A stretch of DNA of 63,536 bases, the filler included, from Choristocarpus tenellus KU-1152 (Eukaryota; Protista; Phaeophyceae): NCBI GenBank assembly GCA_964200185.2. It is 13 parts of 13 records of this genome, joined end to end, with 100 filler letters (N's around TTAATTAATTAA, not from the genome) between each part and the next. Parts side by side here need not be neighbours in the genome. Positions count along the whole stretch, not along the records: positions 53,827 to 58,173 come from CAXNAD020014994.1; positions 58,274 to 63,536 come from CAXNAD020011322.1; 11 more parts are not named here. The stretch is one strand, 5' to 3'. Under the pieces are notes generated by a model. It was not told the origin of the DNA. It ran no database searches and saw nothing but the letters and a program-made list of their open reading frames with translations. This document shows, piece by piece, positions 53,827 to 63,536 of the stretch. How positions within the stretch are numbered: the first letter of the stretch is position 1; every line of letters begins with the position of its first letter. The translations under genes and the position numbers were made by a program.

Positions 53827-54056
53827 TGTTAGGAAGTGTCAATATCTATGTTTCCGACACACCTTTCATAACGTATACATTTACCTACTACGAAACATTT
53901 TGGAGTCGAAAAATGTCATAAAAAAACCCATGGGAAGCCAAGCCCCACTCCGAAACATTTTGGAGTCGGAAAAGGTCATTAAAAAAACCCATGGGAAGCC
54001 AAGCCCACAAATGGACAAACAGAGACAAATTCGTACCCTCTAAGATAGTTTCACTC
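53827..54056. mobile_element. MITE family A copy, truncated by contig start, with an internal duplication of about 60 bp
   Basis: Repeated CGAAACATTTTGGAGTCG...CATGGGAAGCCAAGCCC; right TIR TACCCTCTAAGATAGTTTCACTC. Confidence 0.8.
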
Positions 54057-55494
54057 TATCGGAACGAGGATATCAGAGAACACGAACTTCGTCGATAGGT
54101 TTCGTCCTGCTGCTCTTGATAGGAAGACTTGTTCGTCACCGGTTCGGAACTACGGTGGAACCAGTGAATACTACATCTCTCTGATTTCGATGCAGATGTG
54201 TGATTTCGGAAGGATATGGTGACCATATGCTTCGCTATGCCTAGTCTTCAAGCGATAATCCCTCCTTCAGGTAGTTACAGAACGCACAAGCTACATTGGA
54301 GTGTCTTGCTTGCGACGGAGTCCTGGCCTTGCCTTTGGGATGTCCTGGGGTCTATCCCTCCGAAGGCCACGAGTTCATTCCCGTTGTTAGCGACGTCCCC
54401 TTGTGGCTGGCGGGTTGTCATCGTATATCTGCAGTGCGATGGGTGTGGTCCTCATGAAGAACTGTGACAACGATTCCTCTATATTGTCCAGGCCCGTTGG
54501 TTTGTTGTTGACAGAGTGAGGGAGTGTGGGGTTTTACGCATATGTGGTTTGGCGAAAGTGTTTCTGTTATGCACTATACTATAATTCTACAAAACTGCAA
54601 ATATATTAAAAAACAAAAGATGCAAACCCAAAGTTTTGACCCTCTCGCACTAATGAAGAAATAGCGTATGGGGAGTTACATACATATATATATACATTTT
54701 ACGTCAGTATTTGTTCTAGTTCAACGCTGTCGTAGACACACATAGATATTTCAAAACATATGTGAAGAGAGCAAAATTCCCCTTATTAAATATCCTTTTT
54801 TTTCCCGAGAAAAAGGAACACCCCAACTAACCTGTTCATAACCACAATATATATACTACCACTATTTGATATGGGTACAACATTCCATAAAGGCAGTTGT
54901 TCTTGTATGGACTATTGTGCAGTTGTTATACAACCGAAAAAGAAGTAGCTTAAAAGGATCATGCGTTCTTGGTCAAGAGAGGATAGTTGTGTACGCCTTC
55001 CATGAGAATCAGGCTCGTCTGTGGCTATCCCGGTGTGCTGTATGTGATGCTCAATACCGGGCATGTCGCAAGGTAAAAAGATGACAAGACTTCCACTTCG
55101 TGCAAGGTAATCAGGTGAGTACGGCTGGAGAACGATGTGAACCGACCGCAACATGCCATCCTCTCTGGGCCTGACTCGATGTGCAAAACATTTTCTCTCT
55201 TTCTGTTTGTTTCTCCTGTCCCATTTCCAACGTGCCACCCGATGCAGACATCCCGCGATCAACTGAGGGAATTAGTCCAACCACCGAACGCCGCCATGTC
55301 TCTAAAGGGAACCAGAAGGTGAGTCCCCATACAAGAAACGTTTACCCTTCGTGCAGCCTACACTGAAGCGTCTCTGGATGACCATATCGAAAACACACCG
55401 TCATGATTTAGGGCCTTTGGCGGATGTTGCGGCTTTCGTCCGTTCACGTAGCATGTATTAGCATGTGGCTGACATGATGTTGTACCCAAGTGGT

Positions 55495-56286
55495 TGTATT
55501 TATTACCTTTACAACCGTGTACACGCCAGCTGGCCATGGCGGTAACACCAACATTTTCAGATTCGATGCCCTGCATTTATTACTTTTATAACCGTGTACA
55601 CACCAGCTGGAAACAGCGGTAACACCAGCATTTTCCAATTCAATGCCCTGTATTAGTTACGTATATAACCGTGTACTCACCAGCTACAGATGGTGGTGTC
55701 ACCAACATTTTCAAATCCGATGCCCTGTATTCATTACCTTTTCAACTGTGTACACACCACCTGCAGATGATGGTGTCACCAACATTTTCATATCCGATGC
55801 CCTGCATTCATTAACTTTTCCACCGTGTACACACCACCTGTCAGTGGTTGTAATACCAACATTTTCAGATTCGATGTCCTATATTTATTTGAGTTTCCAA
55901 CCGTGTACACACCACCTGTCAGCAGATTGGTAATACCAGTATTTTCATATTCGATGCAATGTATTCCTTACCTTTACAACCTTGTACACACCACCTGTCA
56001 CCAGTGATAACACCAACATTTTCAGATTCGATGCCCTGTATTCATTGCATTTACAACCGTGTATGGTCAAAGTATCTGGGGGTGGGGGGTGGTTTGTGAT
56101 GGGGCGCCCGTTTCGGTCAAACAAACTATCTTTTTTGCTGACATTTCAAATCCAACACATGCGACCAAATCACACCAAAAAAGTGAAAAACGGACGCCGA
56201 CACGCCCCCCCCAGATACTTTGACGCTGTACACACCAGCTGTCAGTAGTAGTGATAACACCGGCATTTTCAGACTCGATGCTCTAT
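55495..56286. repeat. 77-bp minisatellite, about 8 units, last unit interrupted by a MITE
   Basis: AACCGTGTAC-like starts at 55513, 55590, 55667, 55744, 55821, 55899, 55978, 56055. Confidence 0.95.
56064..56226. mobile_element. MITE family C (TIR GGTCAAAGTATCTGGGGG), TSD TGTA; partial copies at about 10377, 11502-11618, 18670-18892, 23897, 33731-33913, 34068, 58137
   Basis: TGTA at 56060-56063 and 56227-56230. Removing the insert restores the satellite unit AACCGTGTACACACC. Confidence 0.9.
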
Positions 56287-56530
56287 GTTAGAGGGTACGA
56301 GTTTTTCGCTGGTAGTTCTTTGGGACTTGGCTGCCCACGGGTTTTCAACGACATTGTACTTACTCCAAAATGTTTTGGAGAAGTACAATGTCTACATTAT
56401 GAAAAGGAGTGTTCGGAAAAAGGACATTGACATCTCTAAACAATATTGATGGCAAGAATGACAGCAAAAATGCAACATTTGAATTCGGCTTCCAAAATGG
56501 ACGCGGCCGTACCCCTAAGATATTTCGACC
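56286..56530. mobile_element. Diverged MITE family A copy
   Basis: TTAGAGGGTACGAG...GTACCCCTAAGATATTTCGACC with the family-A internal sequence. Confidence 0.7.
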
Positions 56531-56894
56531 AGCATCCATGATACCAACCCTTGACCTAGCCAAAATAAATCACCTACATTCGAACACTAATCCTAATCCG
56601 CCATTTACAGATTTCATCTCGCATCGAACACGTCAACTTTGAATCAATTCAACCGCTTTCATCTGAAATGACAGCGAATTCGACCGAACCTTTTTCCGAA
56701 AAATTGGAACATGTGTTGCAGTCACATATGGTGGGAGTAATCAGACAACTGATCCGAAATAGAAGCAAGATTCCACGATGCAATTTCACGCACCACAACA
56801 TCCGTCTGTCCAGGGTGACGTGGTGACACCTTCGATATGCACGTGGAAGCGCTCCGATACCATTAGAATATTTCTGATAATGTTCGTATAGGAA

Positions 56895-57589
56895 ATGGAC
56901 AATCACACCCCCCCAACCATCTTGCCGCGCTTTGGAATTTGATAGCCTTTACCGTTCGACAGAATACATCAAATTCAATCATTACTATCTGCCTCATGTC
57001 AAGCACAAACCTGCGCATGGTTGCCCTCTCGAAATACAACCCGGGTCAGCCGGTAAATTCCTTTCATCTTCATCTTTGACTTTCACGGTTCGACGTAATG
57101 TTTTCCTGCTCAAGTTGTTAGTATTTCAAATCGACACACCCTCAACCGCCTTGCCGTGCTTTGGAAATTGATGGCCTTTACCGTTCGACAGAATACATGA
57201 GATTCATTCATCACTGTCTGCCATATGTCAAGCATAAACCTGTGCGTGGTTGCCCTCCCAACATCTAACCTGGGTCGGCGCGTAAATTCCTTTCATGTTC
57301 ACCTTTCACTTTCGAGATTCGACGTAATGTTTTCCTGCTCAGGATTACTGTTTCAAATCGATACACACACACCCAACAGTCTTGCTGCGCTTTGGATATT
57401 GATGATGGTCTCTATCGTTCGACAGAACACATGAAATTAATTCATTATTGCCTTCTCTATGTCAAGCACGAACTTGTGCATGATTGCCCTTGCTATATGA
57501 TACCTTGGTCGGCGCGTAAATCCTTCCACTCTGCGTCCGGTATTGGTGCGTACTCGTATTCAATATTCATCCCATGTCGACTGGGTTAA
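56895..57589. mobile_element. End of a possible piggyBac-like non-autonomous element with three about 230-bp subterminal repeats
   Basis: Three copies of CTTGCCGYGCTTTGGA...CGTTCGACAGAATACAT...; ends in GACTGGG-TTAA (CCC terminus at a TTAA site). The other end was not identified. Confidence 0.45.
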
Positions 57590-58327
57590 CCGTTAGATAT
57601 TTATATAGAAAATAGTGGCCTCCGAGGAAAGCGTTACGCCGTCCTCATGTCCATTGCATCACTACGCCCTTTTCATATCACGTTTGCATAGCCCACGCAT
57701 GGACACGAACCCTTCACTCCGTATAGATCCCGTCATCATTAGTCAAATAGTCCATCACTGTTCGTATAAGGACACCCTTGCCGTGCTTGGCTAAAAATAG
57801 CATCCACCCCTACGTCAATATCCTTCCCCTTTGCTGATACTGTTGTCCTAACATTTTCCCCTCTACCTTTACAGACAGCCGGCCGGAGGCCCAGGATTCA
57901 TGAACACCAAGAAACCACAGACCTGATAACGTCGAACCTCAGCACGACCTGTACGATGGGCCTCGCCACATCTGACTTCTTGACAACGGTAGAGTGGAGT
58001 CTATGTTCTCAAAGCTGGGGCCGGACCCACAGGTCGCTGCCGATAGCCTCGCGGGGATCCTGAGTGGGTAGCCTTTTTCCCTGCGCTCGAGATGGAAGAC
58101 CATAAGCGACTTCAAAGCCGACATGGGTAGGGTAAAGGGTAAAAGTATTTGGGGGGAGGGGGGGGGGGGGTTTNNNNNNNNNNNNNNNNNNNNNNNNNNN
58201 NNNNNNNNNNNNNNNNNTTAATTAATTAANNNNNNNNNNNNNNNNNNNNNNNNNNNNNNNNNNNNNNNNNNNNGACTGGTGGTAAGTGAGAGGGAGGGAG
58301 AGGAGGGAGGGGGAGGGGGTTGGGTGT

Positions 58328-58390
<63 letters not shown>

Positions 58391-58535
58391 ATTGTCAGCA
58401 GTATGCTGTTTTTGTGTCATATACATGTGTACCATGCAGACATACATACACACACACATACATGCACATAAAACATATATGCACATACATGCCCACATAA
58501 CTATGTAACCCGTTTTATGTGTGTTTACATACCAG

Positions 58536-61500
58536 GAGGTGCGTACAGAGGCTGTGTTTGAGACGTCAGATCCACTCTTTGATCAGACATGGGTGTTCGT
58601 GGCACTGTCTTACGACGCTGTCCTTGCCATGGAGCTGGTGGACGCTTCTTCAGACAAGGTTGTGGGCCGGTGTGAGACCAGCGTCCGTGACCTGATGCAG
58701 GTAAGAAAAAAAATATATATATATATATATATATAGGAATAGAATAGAAGGGACAAATGAAACAAAATATATATGTAGGAATAGAATAGGAGGGACAAAT
58801 TAAACACAGCCTTGCTTTTTTTTTTCTTTAGATAGCTTTAATAGAAATAAAAAAGGGGGGCACTACATCAGTTCAACGGAGAATTGAGTACGTTCTGAGC
58901 CAAAGTATCTCAGAGGGTAGAGCCACATCCATTTGCGGTCCACAATCCAATGTTGCGATTTTGATGTAATTTTGGCTATCGTATTTGTTAGGAATTGTCA
59001 ATACCCTTATTCCAGACACACCATTTCATAACATATACATTTAACTTACTCCGATATATTTTCAATTAGGAAAGTATCATAAAAAAATAAAAATAAAACG
59101 TGGGAAGTCAAGTGCCAAATGGACACACTCTTCTAATACAAGACACACAGGGCAAAACTCATACCCTCTAAGATACTTTCACTCTTCTTGTTTTGCATGT
59201 GTTCAGTGTTGGCATGGAACTTTATATTGTTTGTATTATTTTGGTGGGTGTCTGCCTGTCTGTGTGTGTGTTATTCTTATAATCGAGAATATTTTGAAAT
59301 TGATTTGTGTCGTAATGTAAACGCCTTCCTTCCCTTCCCGGTGCAGTTTTTCTTCTTCTTTTTCTTTACTGCTGTTGCGGTAGGCGTTCAGAGTACATTT
59401 AAAAAAAAAAAGACTTGCTCTTTTGAATTTTTTTTTTGTACTTATTTACGCTTTATTTCTTTTTTTCAAGTACAAACAACCCAGTTCTCGAGAAGTTTTT
59501 GTGCATACATACATACATACATACATACATACATAATATGTACATACATAATATATACATACATATGTGTGTGTGTGTGTGTGTGTGTATACGTTTGATG
59601 CATGTACATATTTTGAATTGCTTTTGAGAGAGCGCATGTGTTTTTTTCGTGTACCCCCTTTTGATGTATATTGACACATGTATATTGACACATGTCAGGT
59701 CGACTTTGATGCAAATGTTCATGGTCTAACCCGACCAAGTCGTAGCCTCAGAGACCTCCGCCTGGTAACCCCTGGTTCATCAGAGGTGGAAGAGAACATT
59801 ACAGGCCTGGTGAAGGTGGGCATTGATTTATGTGTGTTTGTGGTGTGTGATTCTGAGTGTTTTATTTGTATTGAGTACTTTGCATTGCTTTTATTTTCTG
59901 GGGGGGTTGGGGGCGGGGGGGGGGGGCGGGGAAGTTTCCTTTTTTATTTTTTTTAATATTATTATTTATTTATTTTGTTCGTTTTATTTTTATTTTTTAT
60001 GAGTGCATGGGTAGGTAGGTTTTGATGCTTCTTCTAGGTTTTTATTTTACTTTTTATGAAGTGAAGATTTCTTCGTCGGAGTTTTCTTGTTGAAAGAAAA
60101 GGACGTAATATTTGGTACGTGTGTGTGTGTGTGCCTGCATGTGGCATTTTTTTGGGGTCGTTATGCTTGTTCCCTGTTTGATTTTTTTTTCATTCTTAAA
60201 ATGTCAAAATTGTGTTGTATGGGTTTGGTTTGTTTTTTTTTGGGGGGGGGAATGAAGCAAGCGGTTTCTTTTTTTGTTTTTTTCTGAGGTATCAATTATG
60301 TTTTTGTTTTTTTTAATATATATATATATATACAGTTATTATTTTTTGTACAGTCCGTTAGTTACTTGATAAATTAAAAAACAATGTAGATAAGAGTAAT
60401 GAAACATACGCACTGCAGAGTATATATATAAGTTAGGGTTAGGAGGTTGTGGATCCTACTTGAAGAATTAATGGTAAGTTTATCGACTCTTTAAAAAAAA
60501 GAATTGAAAAAGGTATTAATAATAATACAGTTACATGCTGCTATCGGACAGAGAATGTGACTCAAGAGTATTATTATTATTATTATTATTATCAAGAGTT
60601 GAACTCTTTCTTGGCGACCTTTATTGGATTTACCCCCCACCACCCCCACCCCTCCCCCTTCCCCCCTGCCCCCCATAATAGGTGTGAGCTCAGTCAAAAG
60701 GTAAACCCCCAAACCAATGGAATTACATCCTTGGCCTTTTTAGGAAAAGAGTCAGTAGTAGCACACCTTGACAACAACCAGTGGGAAGATATCGCTTGTT
60801 CTACCTTAGGGTTAGGGTTATACACAATTTTGTTGCCATGTGTGCGGTTGGTGTCTTATCTTTTTCCACGGTTCTAGAAAATTCTCAACAAATTCTCGAT
60901 GATTCCATACAATTCTACCCTAAATCCTAACCCTAAGAACAATTAGAACAACAAAAAAGATGCAGAAACGGGACCAGTCTGATCCCCCCCCCCCCCGCTA
61001 CCCCCTACCCCCCTGCCTGTCTCCATGTACCTTCCCTGGTCCGCGCCTGGGTCCGGGTACCGGTACCGGTACTGTTACTGTTACTGGTCCGATCAATGGT
61101 ACCGGTGCCGATACTGTTACTGGTCCGATCAATGGTACCGATGCTGGTACTGGTACTGATCCGATCAATGATACCGATGTCGGTACGGGTACTGGTCCGA
61201 TCAATGGTACCGGTGCCGATACTGTGACTGGTCCGACCAATGGTACCGATGCCGGTACTGGTACTGATCCGATCAATGGTACCGATGACGGTACTGGTAC
61301 TGGCCCGATCAATGGTACCGATGTCGGTACTGATGCTGGTCCGGTCAATGGTACCAATGTCGGTACTGATGCTGGTCCGGTCAATGGTACCAATGTCGGT
61401 ACTGGTACTGCTCAATGCTATTGCCATTGTCCCTAGGTACGACTTGAGTTTGAGGAGGATACCGAGGCCCTATTCCGGTCCAAGACGCCACGCCGCGCGC

Positions 61501-62311
61501 CGCCACGGACGCACGTGGAGCCAAATGTGGAAGGCATTCGCACGCTGGTTGCTAAGATCAAGGGTGTCATACACTGGTTCGTCGATGCCAAGAAGAGGTA
61601 CATGTGTCTGTCTGTGTCAGTGTCTGTGTCTGTCTGTGCTCTTACTTACGTTGATTAATTTACATTGATTAGTACATTGGTTCAAGTTAGGTTTAGGGCT
61701 AGGGCGGTGTGTGTGTTGAGGGGGGGGAAGGGGGAAGCAGGGGAAGAGTCCATCCATGGTACCTGAGGTGGTTCAGTAGAATGGCTTGTGCTTTGAAGGT
61801 TCTGTGTTGATCTCGGTGGTGGATGGGGCTATGCAGTATGATCTTAGGTGCTAGCTTTGTACAGGGTTCGCAGTGTTTGAGTAGGCTTTCCTCAGGGGCA
61901 TTTTGGTGTTGTGGCACAGTGGTTTTGTTAAATGTTATGTCAATACCCCCCGCCTTACATACATACGTACGTACGTACGTACACCTTGGTAGGTGTGTAT
62001 TTCCATCAGCATAAAAGAAAGAAAAGTTATTTTGTGTTTATGTGCTCATACATCATATTCTCATATATTCCATTACGGTAGTACCACCTATTATTTTGGA
62101 CAGTTTTTTTTTTTTTCCAAGTGATTTTTGGGGGTTACAGGGTTATAGGGCAATCCATCAATATGTATTTGCCACTGTGTACACAACAATACAATACCCA
62201 CATACACTACCGTCAATGTTACAATCTTATTCCTATATAACATTTATAACATATATAACATATATAACCTATATAACTATATATATATCCCATCCACCTG
62301 TCCAACCCCTC

Positions 62312-62359
<48 letters not shown>

Positions 62360-62409
62360 ACACCCCCATCCCCTCTCTCGACCAGACGGTGGGCNNNNNN
62401 NNNNCCTTT

Positions 62410-62448
<39 letters not shown>

Positions 62449-62473
62449 AACAAAAACCCCCACAACCCCTTTC

Positions 62474-62522
<49 letters not shown>

Positions 62523-62801
62523 TTCCTCAATCCATGATTCCTGTAGGTACAGCAGGCTCATGTCGTGGGAAAACCCCACGGTGACCTCCCTAGTCATGAT
62601 CCTGTACATGTACATATGCCTAGTACCCTCTACCGAGTACATCCTAGCGCTGGTCCCATTCTTCCTGGTCCTGCACACGACCTTCACTTTCCTCAACAGG
62701 CGCAGGGGGCGGTTCACCCTCGAGTGGGTATCAAGTGGAACCGCGGTTCAGGGTACCACCTTGGGAACTGGTACTGACTCCAGCAGGAAGAGTCACTTCA
62801 G
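58536..62801 (+). CDS. C2-domain and transmembrane protein (MCTP-like), partial; exons 58536-58700, 59699-59815, 61437-61597, 62547-62801
   Basis: Phase-consistent AG/GT exons. C2-like RTEAVFETSDPLFDQTWVF...VGRCETSVRDL, then ...RYSRLMSWENPTVTSLVMILYMYICL...FFLVL (SWxNP plus hydrophobic hairpin as in MCTP-type membrane regions). Confidence 0.85.
58897..59184. mobile_element. MITE family A copy in an intron, TSD TTCT
   Basis: TTCT at 58893-58896 and 59185-59188; TIRs GAGCCAAAGTATCTCAGAGGGTA / TACCCTCTAAGATACTTTCACTC. Confidence 0.92.
61050..61410. repeat. Intronic 36-bp minisatellite, about 9 copies
   Basis: GGTCCGATCAATGGTACCGATGYCGGTACTGRTRCT repeated immediately upstream of the acceptor at 61436. 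Confidence 0.95.
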
Positions 62802-63536
62802 GTGGGTGGGGGAAGGGGGGGGAGGGGGGGGAGGGGTGATCTGCTCTGGTTCTTTTTTTATTAGGTTATGATGTGTGACACCGATTTTTTTTTTGTTATT
62901 GAGGTGCTCTCATTGTTGTTGGTTCTTTATGATTGTACCCGTGGATGGGAACCGGACTGGGTTCCTTCTCCTTGTGTGTGTGTGTGTGTGTGTTTTTTTT
63001 GTTTGTTTTTTTCTTCTTCTTTGCTGTTTTGTTTTTTATTGTTCTATATTTTTTTTTTAATGGTGTGGATTGTCCTCCGTGCTATCTGACTGACTGTACC
63101 TTTTCTGACGCAGGTCTGAGACCCCTCAGAATAATGATATTATTGTTGTTATTATTATTATTATTATTTTGTAGTAAGAAACAAGAGAATAGTCGTTTTA
63201 GTACTCCATTGGTCAAAAGGGGGTATACCCCCCCCACACAAGCACGCACACATATTTATATGTTTGAACTGAAGGGGGCATGAGAATTGAGCTTAGGAGT
63301 TCTATATAAGCCGCTGTGATAGTGTTCTTTGCTCCTCTTTATAGAGAATCAGATTTTGTTTTTGTTTGGGTTGTTCTTGAGGGGGGGTACTAAAACAAAA
63401 TCTTCATTTTTTTAGTTTATTTTTTTGTTTACAAAAAAAATAGCAAACATGCTCTTCGAGACTACTGCATGAACCCTCCCCCCCCCCTCTTCTCTCTCTC
63501 TTCTCTTTTTCTTTCTTTTTCCTTTTCTTTTTTTTT

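Noticed and set aside
55495-56286. CRISPR or repeat-protein interpretation of the 77-bp array
   Set aside because: The unit is not a multiple of 3, frames break, and the variable part is only about 10 nt.
57600-58130. Coding-like GC-balanced stretch as an intact gene
   Set aside because: Stops interrupt the frames examined and no motif is recognisable. It is probably a TE remnant.
4133-58273. Regularly recurring TTAATTAATTAA within N runs as a biological repeat
   Set aside because: It is an artificial concatenation linker. ORFs containing X runs and any synteny across linkers are artefacts.
60960-61436. 158-aa Gly/Thr repeat protein
   Set aside because: It is explained by a 36-bp minisatellite inside an intron of the C2 gene, whose flanking exons splice in phase without it.
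63114-63180. Additional exon of the C2/TM gene after CTGACGCAG
   Set aside because: The acceptor looks plausible, but the in-phase reading runs into an (ATT)n microsatellite and a stop. Not supportable without transcripts.

Overview
Eukaryotic, repeat-rich genomic DNA made of 13 short contigs joined by an artificial N44-TTAATTAATTAA-N44 linker, so adjacency across linkers means nothing. Short exons in long microsatellite-rich introns and interstitial TTAGGG tracts suggest a brown alga or related stramenopile (inference). Three spliced host genes are recognisable: a CBS-domain protein, a FYVE zinc-finger protein and a C2/transmembrane (MCTP-like) protein. There is also an orphan exon and one intact tRNA-Asn(GTT). 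The rest is mostly transposon debris: three mariner-like DDxD relics, a rearranged Tc1 DD34E, a pogo/Tigger deletion derivative, a Copia gag-protease relic, LINE-like fragments, and three related families of short TIR elements with 4-bp TSDs and GRG-like ends (Sola-like MITEs). The most unusual locus is contig 4233-8182. There a spliced Sola-like transposase gene and a ParB/Srx-domain (DGNHR) gene sit head-to-head around a ~1.8-kb array of ~207-bp repeats that ends in two perfect 16-20 bp palindromes. This could be a DNA transposon carrying a ParB-type protein together with its own binding-site array.
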